This document shows, one piece after another, positions 50,196-64,000 of a DNA stretch of 64,000 bases; the stretch's first letter is position 1, and every line of letters begins with the position of its first letter. The translations under genes and the position numbers were made by a program. The notes under the pieces are model-generated. The model was not told the DNA's origin and made no database searches. It saw only the letters and a program-made list of their open reading frames with translations. Source of the DNA: Camelus ferus (Eukaryota); assembly GCF_009834535.1 (NCBI RefSeq), contig NC_045696.1, positions 51,152,001-51,216,000 of the forward strand, read 5' to 3'.

Positions 50196-52359
50196 GTCGT
50201 ATCATTAACTTTTAAATCTTAATATAACAATAAAAATTATGTGAAATGAAGAAATTAAATTTAAAATAAAGTTAATAGCAGATAAATATTTATGCTTTGC
50301 CCTTTAACGGTTAACAAACATACATAGCAAAAGAAAAAAATATCAAAAAACAAAGACTTTTTTTTCTTTCTGTCTAAAATAGTGGTGTATTCCAGGTGGA
50401 TTAGGTCCCGGAGGAAAAGCATACAGAGATCTGCAGCAGATGCATTGATTTAGCGTAACTTCTCTTAGTGATGTAGAGCTAGCAACTATTGGGAGCAGAA
50501 AAACACCTTTGAGATGTTCTCTTATGTATGTTTAGAAGATGACATACTTTCCTGGATTTTTAAATAGTAGTATTAATGCTTTGGGCAAGGTACTTACTAT
50601 TAAGCAATCTTTGTACTTTGGTATTTTGTAAATATTAAGTTCCCATTTAAAAACATTTGTCACTTGTAAATATTTATTTTTTAGTAGCTGATTTAGTTGA
50701 TATCTGCATTTTAAAAGTGGAGGGATTTATAAAATTTTCTGAATTATGTGATTAAAATTATAATTAAATTTGTTTAGAGGTTCTTGATGTGTTTTTCTTC
50801 AAATAATTGTGTATTTGGAAATCTTGGCAAATACACATAGAATAAAGAAGATATGAAATATCAGATCCCTCAGATCTTTGATTTAGGACAGGAAATAGGA
50901 AAAAAAGAAAGATGAAGTAGGAGAATTTTAAAAGAGGTTAGAATTCAAATTTGTCTTTTTTTTGGTTCTAAAATATTTTAAGAACAACATAACTCTAGAT
51001 TTTCAAATATTATGCACATACACAGAAATAATAACTAGTATACCTATGTTTTAATAAAAATATTAAATTTGAATTTTTCTAGATCATAATTTAGTTTTTC
51101 TAATTGTACAAAAACCAGAAGTCTTGATTGTGTGCTTTGTCATTGACTTATGATCATAGTCATGTTATTCATAGGTAAGCATTTCTGCTTATAAGTGGGG
51201 CATAAAACTTGCCACAAACTTGATTTATAGGTATATCATGATGATTAACTAATGTTGCACTATAAAATTTTTAAAAAGCCCAAAAGGGTTAATTAGTATG
51301 TTTGTAACATACTTCGGCAACTTTGGAGAAGAAGCTTCCTGTAATATGTGATCTTCCACAACATATCTTGGATTTATTCAAGCTAAAAATGATATTTTGG
51401 GTTTTCACTTTGGAAACTGATAAAAAGAGTAAACTCATTTTCCAATTTCTGTTGAATTAAAAAAGATATTTTACCCAATTAAAAAATTCAATTATAGACA
51501 GATATTGTTTGAAAAATAGATATCTTTTAACACTTTTAGATTTAATTGTAAGGTGACAGGAACTAACATTTCTGGAAATATGGAGAGAGAACTATTTAAC
51601 TTTAAAACTCTTCTGCTACGAAGTACCTGGAAATGCTGGATGAAATGTTACAAACATCTTTAAAAAATGCTTTTCTAGGCTCACAAGATAGCAAGTGAAA
51701 TACCTAGGGCCAAAAGGAGAAGAGGGAACTGATTATGGGAGTTGAAAGCACGTGAGCTGATGCTGAGGCAGCCCTGAGAAGGTTATTCGTCTCAGTACAG
51801 GTTTAATGGCCACACTGGGATCAGAGGTGATGCTTTGGATTTGTAGGAATTGGAACTGAGAACTCTTTATAAAGCCACGAGTCTTGAAGAGTTTTGCCCT
51901 CTGTGAAAGGGGGACTAGGAAAAAAATCCACCTACATCTGCAAATTAAAGACAAGGAAGCTTGTCTATCTAAACTAGGCTTGGGGTGCCTAACTTAGGAG
52001 GGGAGTCTTCCTAAGAGTACATAACTGTGGTCCATCTCTCATGAAGTTTTGGGACTTGGATTTAATACTTCATTAGTAAGCAGGGGGAAACCCTGCAAAA
52101 CTTCATGTAAAACTACCAGAGTGATCTTGTATTACCCTAGTCACACTTTGCTCAATCATTAGGCTAAATAATTTTAATTGCACTATTTCTCTGGTCAATA
52201 TGTTAATGAGTAGTATAATGCCTAATGGTAGGCAGTACAAAGAAGGGTATGGGGTATTGACATCTGAATCAGCCTTAATAGTCCTTCAAACATTGTCACC
52301 TCTCACATAGGATTAACACTTTATTTAAACCCTACCAACCTTTCCATCTTTTACTTTTT

Positions 52360-53090
52360 TTTTCACTTGTAGTTTGAGATAATTTTAGATTCACATGTAG
52401 TTGTAAGAAATCATAGAGATACTCTGTATCCTTTAAACAGTTTTGCCTAATGGTGACATCCTGAAAAACTGTACTAGAGTATCACAGCTAGCATATCGAC
52501 ATTGATAAGGTCAAGATATGGAACATTTCCATCGCAGCAAGAATCCTTTTTATAGACACAACCCTTTTATAGACACTGCCACTCTCTTTCTGCTCCCTGC
52601 CCCTACTTAACCCTTGGCAACCACAAATCTGTTTTCCATTTCTATAATTATGTCATCTCAAGAGTATTATATAAATGGAATCATACAGTTATGTAATATT
52701 TTATATTGGTTACTTTCACTCATCATAATTCCCTGGAGATCCATCCATTTTGCTTTATGTACCAACAGTTCATTCCTTTTTAATGCTGAGTAGTATTCCA
52801 TGGTATGGATGTATCACAGTTTAACCATTCATCCACTGAAGAACATCTGGGCTGTTTCCAGTTTTTGACTGTGATGACTAAAGCTGCTATAAACATCTGT
52901 GTACAGGTTTTTGTGTGAACATACGTTTTCCTCTGGGATAAATGCCCAGGAGTGCAATTGCTGGGTCATCTGATAGTTATGTGTTTAGTTTTTAAGAAAC
53001 TACCAAACTTGCCCAGAGTTGCTGTACCATTTTACATTCCCACTAGCAAAGTGTGAGTGATCTAATTTCTCTGCGTTCTTGACTTCTTGC
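52360..53090 (-). mobile_element. L1MC/MD-like 3' end
   Basis: ataattttagattcacatgtagttgtaagaaat...gggataaatgcccaggagtgcaattgctgggtca. Confidence 0.75.
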
Positions 53091-53145
53091 TGAGTGTTTT
53101 TTATCGTGAAAAGGGTCCTTCCATATAAATTTAAATTTTAGAATC

Positions 53146-54107
53146 CAGCCATATTACATTTTATTGTGCTTCGCTTTATTGCACATCACAGACATTGCAT
53201 CTTTTTTTTTTTTTTACACATTGAAGGTTTGTAGCAACACTGTTGAGCAAGTCTATTGGTACCATTTTTCCAACATTTGCTCACTTTATGTCTCTGTGTC
53301 ATGTTTTGGTAATTCTTACAACATTTCAAACCTTTTCATTGTTATATTTGTTATGGTGATCTGTGATTAGTGATCTTTGATGTTACTGTTGTAATTGATT
53401 TGGGAGCGCTGTGAACCACGCCCATGTAAGAAAGCTATCTTGATCAGTAAGTGTTTTGTGTGTTCTGACTGCTCCACTGAGCTGCCGTTCCCCCATCTCT
53501 CTCCCTCTCCTTGGGCCTCCCTATTCCCTTAGACACACTATTGAGATTAGGTCAGTTAATAACCCTGACATGGCCTCTAAGTGTTCAAGTGAAAGGAAGA
53601 GACATCTTTCACTTTAAATCAAAAACTAGAAATGATTAAGCTTAGTGAGGACGGCATGTGGAAAGCTGAGAGGGGCTGAAAGCTAAGATTTTTGCATCAT
53701 TTAGCCAAGTTGTGAATGTGAAGGAAAACTTTTTGAAGGAAATTAAAAGTGCTACTTCAGGGAACACACGAATGATAAGAAAATGAAATAGCCTTATTGC
53801 TGATATGGAGGAAATTTCAGTGGTCTGGATAGAAGATCAGACCAACCACAATATTCCCTTAAGCCAGAGCAAGGCCCTAACTCTCTTCAACTCAGTGAAG
53901 GCTGAGAGAGGGGAGGAAGCTGCAGAAGGAAAGTTTGAAACTAACAGAGGTTGTTTCATGAGGTTTAAGAAAGGAAGCCATCTCTGTGACATCAAAATCC
54001 AAAGTGAAGCTGCAGTAAAGTTATCTAAAATATCTAGCTAAGATAATTAATGAAGATGGCTACAGTAAACAACAGACTTTCAGTGTAGACAAAGCAGCCT
54101 AACATTG
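53146..54107 (+). mobile_element. Tigger1 5' fragment with decayed transposase
   Basis: Tigger1 left end; ORF 53805-54041 [17 protein letters not shown]...[14 protein letters not shown] (CENP-B-type HTH). Confidence 0.88.
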
Positions 54108-54179
54108 GTTTATGGTCCAATACACTTGATATTACCAGTCTTTAAAGTTTTGCTAAACTTAACGCATTTGAAAATAATA

Positions 54180-56307
54180 CCTTAGAGAACCTACAAGAAC
54201 AAGACAGCTTCCTAGAAAAACACTAACCTCTGAAAGACTCAAGAAGAAATAGAAAATCTGAATAGACCTGTAACAAGCAAAGAGATTGAATTACTAAAGA
54301 AACCAAACCAAAATAAGAACACTTCACAGAGAAAAGCTTAGTGCCAGATGGTTTCACAGGCATATTCTACCACATGTGTAGAAGAACTAACACAGATCCT
54401 TCAACAGCTCTTCCATTTAAAAAAAAAAAAAAAAAAAAAAGGAGGAATACTTCCTAAGTCATTCACTGAGGCTAGTATTACCCTGATTCTAAAACCAAAA
54501 TTAATTGGTTTTATACGCTGCATTGAACAACCTGAAAGTGAAATTTTGGGAAGAATTCCATTTATAATAGCATCAAAAGAATAAAATACTTAGGAATAAA
54601 TATAACAAAAGAATTAAAGACATGGACACTGAAACTACAAAGCCTCATGAAAGAAATTTTAAATTACATAAAGAAATGTGAAAAGATATCCTGTGTTCAT
54701 GGATTGGAAGATTTAATATTAAGATTGCAATACTTCTCAAACTGATCGACACATTCAGTGCCATCCCTATCAATATCCCAACTTTTTTGCAATTTACAAG
54801 CTGACTATGAAAATGCAAGGACCAAGAGTATCCAGGAGAATCTTGAAAAAGAACAAAATTGGAAGATGCAAACATCTTGATTTCAAAACTTACTACAAAG
54901 CTACTGTAATGAAGACAATGTGGCCCTGATAGTAAGGCTAGCCATCTTATTTTAATAATCTTAGATTAATGGAATGGAATAGAGAGTCTAGAAATAAACT
55001 CACATATATGGTCAATTGATCTTTGACAAAAGTGCCAAAATAATTCTCTGAGGGAAATAGTCTTTTTCAACAAATGATGTTGGGACAATTAGATATCTAC
55101 ATGCAAAGGAACAAATTTGGACCCCCTATTTCATACTACATATAAAAATTCAAAATGGATCATAGACCTAAATGTAAGAATTAAAATGATAAAACTTTTA
55201 GAAGAAGAAAACATAGTCGTAAACCTTCATGACCTTTGTATTAGGCAATAGTTTCTTAGATATGATATGAAAAGCTCAAGGGGCAAAAGAAAAAAATAAA
55301 TAAATCGTACTTCATCAAAGTTATAAGCTTTTGTGATTCAAGGAGTCCATTAAGAAAATGAAAAGACAACTCACAGACTGTGAGACTATATTTGCAGATC
55401 AAGTATCTGATAAGGGACTTGAATCTATAAAGAAGTCTTACAGCTTAATAATAAAATAAAACTAACCCAATTAAAATGTGCAGAAATTTAATAGACATTT
55501 TCCCAAATGTATGCAAATGGTGAATAAGCACAGGAAAGGGTATTCAATATCAATCATCGTTATCTAAATGCAAATCAAAAGTACAGTAGGATACTGTTTC
55601 ATACCCTCTAGGATGACTGTAGAGAAAAAGACAGACACTAAGTGTTGGCGAATATGTGGAGAAACAGGAATCCTCATACATTGCTTGTGAGAATGTAAAA
55701 TGGTACAGCCAATTTGGAAAATAGTTTGACAGTTCCTCAAAATGTTAAAAATAGTTACCATATAAGCCAGCAATTCCACTCTTAGATCTATACCAAGAGA
55801 ACTTGAACATGTCACACAAGAATTTGCACATGAATGTTCATAGTGGCAGTATTCATAATAGCCAAAAAGTGGAAACAAAGCTCATGTCCATCAATTGATG
55901 AATACATAGATAAAATATGGTATATTCATATAGTAGAATAATATTCATTTATGAACTGAAATGAAGTAATGTTTCATGCTACAATATGGATGTACTTTGA
56001 ATACATTATGCTAAGTGATGGAAGAGAGACACAAAAACTACATTATTCCATGGCTCCACTTATATGAAATTTCCAGAATAAGCAAATCTACAGAGACAGT
56101 GGATCAGTGGTTGCTAGCTGAGTGGAGGGGGGAATGGGGAATGACTGCTAATAGATATGGGGTTTCTTTTGGGGATGATAAAATTTTTTGAGAATTAGAT
56201 GGTGGTGATGGTTGCACAGCTTGTGTAATTATACCAAAAGCCACTGAATTGTACATTGTGGAAGGGTGAATTTTATGGCATGTGAATTATATTTCCATTT
56301 TAAAAAG
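54180..56307 (+). mobile_element. Internally deleted L1 (ORF2 + L1MB-like 3' end)
   Basis: aagaagaaatagaaaatctgaatagacc...; tcatggattggaagatttaatatt...; 3'UTR ending gtgaattatatttccattttaaaaa. Confidence 0.85.
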
Positions 56308-57164
56308 TGAGTGTCTTGTTGGCATGGCACTCTAAGTGGATATATTCTTTTGAATTGAATGGAGATTGCTTGGGGAGAAATGGGCTCTCGGACGAGATTC
56401 ATTTACCTCTCTAGTAGTACCATAATTCTTAATTTAGCCCATTCAGTAAACTTAAATAATCATTAATTCTGCCCATCAGTATTTTTGTTTCATTTCTTTC
56501 TGTGTACATATTAGATATGTGTTTCTCTATGTTACTGAAATGAATGTAGCCATGTGGCTATTTTTTGTCAATGAAACGTGAACAAAATGATGTAAGTCAT
56601 TTTTAGGTGGAAGCCCTTAGAGTCGGTACACTATTTGCCATGTTTCTGTCCCCGGATGTAGAGCCTTTATGTCCCTGTATTAGGACAGTGTAAAGTTAAG
56701 CCTTTCGCCAACCCACAATGTTCATTTATATTTAAATGAGAAGTAAACCATTGTTCGTGTAACCACCGAGATTTGGGGATTTCTTATTACTACATTACAA
56801 TCTAGTCTTTTATGACTAATGTACCAAGTTAGTTTACTCTTTATTTTTTTGTCACTTTCTTTTCTTCCAATCTGCTATCAAAACTGCTTTAAACACCTGC
56901 TTGTGAGGTTATGGAGTGGCCACAGATACTGATCACTGAGACTGTCCAGATCATTTTTGATTAGCTGGATGCCAGCCATTAGGATTTTTGGACCGCAAGA
57001 TGATAGCTTACTGAATTTTACTGTGTTCACATACATAACTATGTACCGAAAGTATTGGAATTACTTAGAGTGAGAAGATTTTGTTTTTGAAAATGATTTT
57101 AGAGAAAGGAGAAATTGGGACCTTTCAGGACAGATACTTAAAATAATTAAAAAAACACTTATCT

Positions 57165-57625
57165 TCTTGAGGGCATTATGTTAAGTGACGTAAGTTAGAC
57201 AGAAAGATAAATACTGTATGATATTTCTGTACGTGGAATCTAAAAAAGCTGAACTTGTGGAAACAGTAAAATGGTGGTTACCAGAGGTTAAGGAATGGGA
57301 GGATTTGGGTAGATGTTGGTCAAAGGGTACAACTTACATTTAGAAGATGAGTAGTTTTGGAGATCTGATGCACAGCATTGTGACTATAATTACACAGAAT
57401 ATAGTTATACAGTTAATAATACTGTATTTATATATTTAAAGATGCTGAGAAACTAAATCTTAAATGGTCTTACCACAAAAAGAAATGATAATTATGGGAC
57501 ATGAGGGAGTTGTTAGCTAATGCTATGGTGGTAATCATATTGCAATATATAAATGTATCAAATCAACATGCTGTGTACCTCAAACTTACACAATCTTATA
57601 TGTCAATTCTCAAAATATTTTTTTA
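57165..57625 (+). mobile_element. L1MA-like 3' end
   Basis: cttgagggcattatgttaagtga...ggtcaaagggtacaac...aaacttacacaatcttatatgtcaatt. Confidence 0.8.
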
Positions 57626-58759
57626 AAATGGAGAAAGACTAAATGCTTTCTAATATGAGAAAAAAATTTTTTCTTCAATATAAAATAGAATGAAATAATT
57701 TTGAATAAATTACGCTGTTTCCATGTTGTAAAACTTAAAATTGTAATATAATTTTTGTATGATTTCAATTTTGATAAATTTTAGGTATTTTTTTAAAATT
57801 TGGAAATTGAAAAAAAATGAAGAAAAAAAGTAAAAAAGATTACCATAAGTGGAATTACTTGATTAAAGTCTATGTGTTGTCTTTGGATATGGATAGCCAA
57901 CTTTTTTTAATGTATCAATTTACACTCCTAGCTGTAGTATGAGAGTATATACTAGTCTCATTACACTTTATCCTTATTATGTAATTTTAGCTTAGTATAA
58001 ATTATGTAATTTTCATTTAAAATAAATTTGACATCTTCATTTTTAGGAAACTCTAAAATTAGATGAACCTTGATGAAACATGTCATCATTATGAACACTA
58101 ATTATTGCCTAATCTTGTTATTCAATTGTTGCATGTAAGTGCTTCTCAAAGTGTAGGCTGATTTATAAAATGGAATTAATTATTTTTTTAATGAGTGGTA
58201 GAGAGGATTAATTGTTTTATTGCCTTCAACCGCATATGCAGTTTTGTGTGGGTCAGTATCTGACTTTCTCTAATTTAGGAGGGGAATGTATGACACGTTC
58301 ACAGTGGTATCAATGGTACTTTTTAATGAGATCCTTTCCCCAGATGTCTCTGTTGGATCCTGACCTCTAGGATTTTTGCTTAGAGGAATTTTTTTTGTAT
58401 AAAGATGCTCTGAGTCAGTTATTTTGAAGTATTCAACAAGGTCATATGCATATTAATTTTTGACTTGCAGGATTCTTCACAGCACTTCTTATGTCATTCT
58501 GGCCAATGAATATGACTCACATCCTTTATCCTAGTATTGCTCTCTATTTGTTGATCTTGTTTAGAGTTTGTTGGTCTTCTTGAAAATTTGCTGGTTTTCA
58601 TCAGCTTTGGAAAGTTTGTAGCCGTTAGTGCTTTCATATATTACGTCTACTGCATTCTCTCTCTTCTCCTGGGACTCCAGGTATGTTAGACCTTCTGACT
58701 GTATCGTCAGACTTTTATCCTTTCTTCTGTGTTTTCCGTTATTTTTATAGAAACATTTT

Positions 58760-59802
58760 TTTATTGAGTTACAGTCCTTTTACAATGTTGTGTCAAACTC
58801 CAGTGTAGAGCACAATTTTTCAGTTATACATGAACATACATATATTCTTTGTCACATTTTTTTTCGCTGTGAGCTACCACAAGATCTTTTATGTATTTCC
58901 CTGTGCTATACAGTATAATCTTGTTTATCTATTCTACATTTTGAAATCCCAATCTGTCCCTTCCCACCCCCCGCCCCGTTGGCAACCACAAATTTGTATT
59001 CTATGTCTATGAGTCTGTTTCTGTTTTGTATTTATGTTTTGTTTTGTTTTGTTTTTTTAGATTCCACATATGAGCGATCTCATATGGTATTTTTCTTTCT
59101 CTTTCTGGCTTATTTCACTTAGAATGACATTCTCCAGGAACATCCATGTTGCTGCAAATGGCGTTATGTTGTCAGTTTTTATGGCTGAAAAGTATTCCAT
59201 TGTATAAATATACCACAACTTCTTTATCCAGTTATCTGTTGATGGACATTTGGGCTGTTTTCATGTCTTGGCTATTGTAAATAGTGCTGCTATGAACATT
59301 GGGGTGCAGGTGTCATTTTGAAGTAGAATTCCTTCTGGATATATGCACAGGAGTGGGATTCCTGGCTCATATGGTAAATCTATTCCTAGTCTTTTGAGGA
59401 ATCTCCATACTGTTTTCCACAGTGGCTGCACCAAACTGCATTCCCACCAGCAGTGTAGGAGCATTCCCTTTTCTCCACAGCCTCTCCAGCATTTGTCATT
59501 TGTGGACGTTTGAATGATGGCCATTCTGACTGGTGTGAGGTGATACCTCATTGTAGTTTTGATTTGCATTTCTCTGATAATTAGTGATATTGAGCATTTT
59601 TTCATGTGCCTATTGATCATTTGTATTTCCTCCTTGGAGAATTGCTTGTTTAGGTCTTTTGCCCATTTTTGAATTGGGTCGTTTGTTTTTTTCTTATTAA
59701 GTCATATGAGCTGCTTATATATTCTGGAGATCAAACCTTTGTCAGTTTCATTTGCAAAAATTTTCTCCCATTCCGTAGGTTATCATTTTGTTTTGCTTAT
59801 GG
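58760..59802 (-). mobile_element. Young 5'-truncated L1 (~1.04 kb)
   Basis: Perfect 17-bp TSD ttttatagaaacatttt (58743-58759 and 59803-59819); well-preserved ORF2 C-terminal peptide (ORF 59261-59620, [18 protein letters not shown]). Confidence 0.92.
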
Positions 59803-59864
59803 TTTTATAGAAACATTTTGAGTCCTAGCATGATGTTGTCTTTACTGGAGGGGATTTTCATAAA

Positions 59865-60179
59865 CAGGTACACCTTGATTTATTGTGCTTGACTTTAGAG
59901 TGTTTCACAGATACTGCATTTTTCACAAATTGAAGGTTTGTGACAACCCTGTGTTGTTAGATGATAACATTTTTTAGCAATAAGTGTTTTAAAATTGAAG
60001 TATATAGATTATTTTTCAAGATATAATTCTAGTGCATACTTAATAGACTACAGTAGAGTGTAAACATAACTTTTATATGCACTAGGAAACCAAAGAATTC
60101 ATGTGATTCACTTTATTGAGATATTTGCTTTATTGTGGTAGCCTGGAACCAAACTTGCAATATCTCCAGCATATGCCTG
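59865..60179 (+). mobile_element. Non-autonomous Tigger1 deletion derivative (Tigger1a-like MITE)
   Basis: Tigger1 left end (caggtacacctt...) joined to right end (...caatatctccagcatatgcctg), ~315 bp. Confidence 0.8.
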
Positions 60180-60465
60180 TGTTCTGTCATGCAGTCTGAG
60201 ATTGCCTTTTTCCAGTTTTAAGGATTAAGATGACTTGAAGCTGGGCTCTGTTATTCCCTGTGTTATTGATCTCTGATTTTATTGTGTTGTTGACAGAGAA
60301 CATATTTTGTATGGTTTTAATCCTTTAAAATGTATTGAAACGTGTTTTCATATTGTCTATCCTGGAGGATGTTCAATGTGTGGTTGAAAAAAATGTGTGT
60401 TCTGCAGCTGTTGAATAGAGTGTTTTATAAAATGCCTAGTTAGGTATAGTTGGGTGGATAATGTT

Positions 60466-60941
60466 TTTTTCCCCTCCAGCTTTACTAAGGTATAATTGAC
60501 AAAATTACAAACTATTGAGAATGTACATCATGATTTGATGTAATATACATTGTGAAAGGATATCTCCCATCTAGTTAATTAACACATCCATTAATATTAT
60601 TATTATTTTTGTGTGAGTGAGAACATTTAAGTTCTACTCTCTTAGCAAATTTCAATTTTGGTTATACAATGCAGGGTTATCAACTATAGTCTTCATGTTC
60701 TACATTAGATCCTCAGACCTTATTCATCTTCTAGCTAAAAGTCTGTACCATTTTACCAAACTTTTCTTCTTTCATATACCCCTAACCCCTGGCAACCACT
60801 TTTCGACTGTTTGTTTCTGTGAGTTTGACTTTTTATTTAGATTCTGCATAAAAGTGATACCACCAGAATTTGTCTTTCTCTGTCTTGCTTATTTCACTTA
60901 GCATAATACTCTTAAGTTCTATCTATGTTGTTGCAAATGGC
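60466..60941 (-). mobile_element. L1MA-like 3' end nested in an older L1
   Basis: TSD tggataatgtt at 60455-60465 and 60942-60952. Confidence 0.8.
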
Positions 60942-60952
60942 TGGATAATGTT

Positions 60953-63420
60953 GTTAAAGTCTTCTATATCCTTGCTGGTTTCCTGTCTAGTGGTTCTATG
61001 TGTTACTGAGAATGGATTATTGATATTTCCAGCTGCTGTTGATGGATCTGTTTTTTTCAATCGTGTCATGTCAGTCTTTGCTTTATGTGTTTTGGGACTC
61101 TGTTGTTAGTTGTGTATACATTTATCATTAGAAACATTGCTTGAGGGAATACAGTATACATCTTAACTTCTCACAGTATACTTCAGATTACTACTTTAAT
61201 TCTGCTGAAGTATTAAACGTTTGCTCTAACCTAGCTCCAGTATCTCTCCCCTACTTTGTATAATTATATATCTATATCTATTTCAACATCTACATAAAAT
61301 TTACATATTTCATGTAAATTTAACTTTGTGTTATCATATTATACATACATTGCATCTATATATTTCATAAACCAAACAATACTATAATTATTACTTTGCA
61401 GGCTCTTAGGTCTTAAAGATGTTAAGAGAAAAACTGGAAAATAGATTTGTATTCTCTTGTATACTTGTCCCATACTACCACTTCTGGTGCTCTTCACTTC
61501 TTCTTACTATTTAATTATTATTTTTTTTATTTTTGTAGGGGGAGGTAATTAGGTTTGTTTATTTTTAGAGGAGATAATGGGGATTGAACCCAGGACCTCA
61601 TGCATGCTCAGCATGTGCTCTATCACTTGAGCTATACCCTTGCCCTCACTTCTTCTTATGAATTTGAGTCACTATATGGTGTTATTTCCTTGCAGCCTGA
61701 AGGAATTCCTTTAGTATTTCTTACAAGGCAGGTGTTCCATTGTTTATGATGAGAAGACAGCCGTTACTCATACTGTTTTTCACCTTTATGTGATGAGTCA
61801 TTTTTCTCCTGCTGCTTCCAAGTTGTCCTCTGTCTTTCAACAATTTAAACTGTGATATGTCTAAGTGTGAATCTCTTTTCTTTATCCTATTTGGGGTTCA
61901 TTGAACTTCTTTGATATATGCACTGTTTTTCATCAAATTTTGAATATTTCGGCTACGATTTATTCACCTTTTCCTGCCTCCCTTTCCTTCTGATACTCCC
62001 ATTACATGTATTTTGATTCAGTTAATGTTGCCACAGGTCTCTGAGTCTCTTCTTTATTTTTTTCAAAATTTTATCTCTGTTCTTCAAATTGGTTAAGTTT
62101 TACTAATCTATTTTCAATTTATTGATTCTTTCTCTGCCATTTTGAATCTTTTGTTGAGCCCCTCTCATGAATTTTTTATTTTGGTGATTATCATTTTCAA
62201 GTCCAGAATGTCCATTTTGTTTCTTTAAAATTAAAAAAAGATCTATTTGTTGAGATTCTCTACTTGTGGAGTCATTGTTGTCATACTTTTCCTTAATTCT
62301 TTAAACATTATTCTCATCAGTTCTTTGAAAATATTGTTAATAACTGCTTTGATGTTTTTTGATGCTAAATCCGTATCTGGGTACTATGAAGGACTCTATT
62401 GCCTGCTTTTTTCTTTTCTTAGTATGAATCACATTTTCCTATTTCTTTTCATATTTCATAATTTTTGTTGAAAATTGGACAGCTTAGATAATATATTGTA
62501 GCAATTGTGGATTCTGATTGAATTTTTTATGCCCCTAAAGCTTGTCATTGCCGATTTTTGTTTAGTAACTTGTGTAGAGTAAATCTGTAAAATTATGTGG
62601 AAGAGAATGTCTTTGCTCAGTTTATTATTATTGTTGTTTTCTTGTTAAGACTGGCTTCCTGTGGTCACCTTTTATGTCAGCTAATGATTGGTCAGAAATA
62701 GTGCTCAAACACATAGAGCCAGTAAGGCTTTTCCCTTCTGCTGACAGATCTGTGTATTGGGTAATTGGGTAATGTATTTGAAGTTCAGGTCATTTTTCAA
62801 GTTTGTCCCAGTTTTTATGTTCCCCTGAGACTTCTTGTATCTCCAACCAGGAATGCGTGGATAGTTTGGGATTTCTCCACTCTCTGTTACACATGCCTGT
62901 AGTCTCTGTTTAGCTAAGTACATGGAGAGTCTATCAAGTTCATCTATGGCTGTCTCTCCTCTAAGATCTCTCTGTTAAGCCCCTTACTAATCTGACAGTC
63001 TACTTGTTTTTTGTCCTAGTTGAAACTTCAACCTTGCACTTACTTGGATAGCTTCAGAATTTTTCCTTTTACTTCTGGGCATAGGTTTCTGTTTTCCACT
63101 CTGAATCATCTCAGCCTCCCTCTGTCACCATAGCTGCTAGTTTTCATGGCCTGTTCCACTTTTGTAGAACTACTACATTGAATTAACTGGTGGGGGAGGA
63201 AGGGTAATGGGAGCAGGCAGAAAACAGTGTCACAGACTTCTGATGTTCACACACAACTTCAGTAGATTTTCATGAGAACATATTTCTCAGCTGATTGTAT
63301 GCCTTTGGTCAGTTTCCAGTCATTTGAGATGATTGTTTTTTGACAAGTTTTTTTTTTCAGCTATATATTTGATTTTACAGAGAAGATTTGCTGAACTCCT
63401 CATTCCATCATCCTGGAAGC
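60953..63420 (-). mobile_element. Old antisense L1 5'/ORF1 region
   Basis: Typical text (tcctttagtatttcttacaaggcagg; tttatcctatttggggttcattgaacttcttg; ...cctcattccatcatcctggaagc). Confidence 0.7.
61507..61645 (-). mobile_element. tRNA-derived SINE (Vic-1 type)
   Basis: 13-bp TSD tcacttcttctta at 61494-61506 and 61646-61658. Confidence 0.9.
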
Positions 63421-63607
63421 ATCCTTTGCTTTCTTTTGGTGTTTTTTGAAGTGTTTTTTAAAATGTGGTTTTTCATATAAAGGCATACAAAATATTGCAT
63501 AAAAAGCATATAATTTTAAAGTCCATTTTACTGTTATTTTGTAAGAGACTATAGTTCATTTAATGAAGATTATAATTAAACAGAAAATTAATCTTTTTAT
63601 GTTGCAG

Positions 63608-63692
63608 ATTTCAAGTTCCACCTATAAAGACAGGAATGAGGAGTATAAAAGACAGTTCACACACCTACCTGATACAGAGAAGCTGATAGCAG
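63608..63692 (+). CDS. GRAMD1C: GRAMD1C exon 3 (85 bp; start of GRAM domain)
   Basis: ttgcag|ATT TCA AGT: ISSSTYKDRNEEYKRQFTHLPDTEKLIA; donor G|gtaaaa; gene continues beyond the window. Confidence 0.95.
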
Positions 63693-63894
63693 GTAAAAAA
63701 GACAGGAAGTTACAAAAAACCACTTTACTACTTCATCAAAATAGAGCTCATGAGTGACAGTATTTGTAGAAAGTTTAAGTCTTTATACTCAACAGAAATT
63801 GTTTTTCAATATAAGCAGCATCTTGTTATTTGTAATTAGGCAATGTAAAACTGAGTTGTAATTTGGGGAGGAGTGATTTCTGAAATACTAAGTA

Positions 63895-64000
63895 CAGTTG
63901 ACCCTTGAACATTGAGGGGGTTAGGAGCGCTGACTTCTGCAGAGTCAAAAATCCATGTATAACTTACAGTCAGCCCTCCATATCCACTGTCCCTTTGTGT
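63895..64000 (+). mobile_element. Tigger2/MER8-like MITE, truncated by the window end
   Basis: ta|cagttgacccttgaaca...gggggttaggagcgctgac...aaaatccatgtataactta. Confidence 0.75.

Noticed and set aside
53805..54041. TIGD1-like gene
   Set aside because: Short fragment with deletions and stops inside a truncated Tigger1 copy

Overview
Mammalian genomic DNA, probably camelid: it carries several tRNA-derived SINEs of the Vic-1 type and matching young L1 3' ends. The + strand holds the last nine coding exons of ATP6V1A (V-ATPase catalytic subunit A; exons 7-15 by human numbering, stop at 15315-15317) and a 3'UTR with two poly(A) signals. After a ~23 kb repeat-rich interval come the CpG-island promoter and first three coding exons of GRAMD1C (Aster-C). 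Most remaining sequence is interspersed repeats: L1, L2, MIR, MaLR/ERVL LTRs, an ERVL gag-pro-pol relic, and Tigger/hAT elements. The main unexpected signal is on the minus strand. Non-repeat islands between ~16.8 and ~27.5 kb form a chain of about ten degenerate, mostly phase-compatible exons. Their conceptual translation carries cysteine-cluster and KDZ/Zisupton-transposase-like motifs resembling HMGXB3. This looks like an unannotated fossil intron-containing gene: its last exons lie antisense inside the distal ATP6V1A 3'UTR, and it shares a bidirectional poly(A) site with ATP6V1A. Repeat subfamily names and protein-family resemblances are from memory, not from searches.
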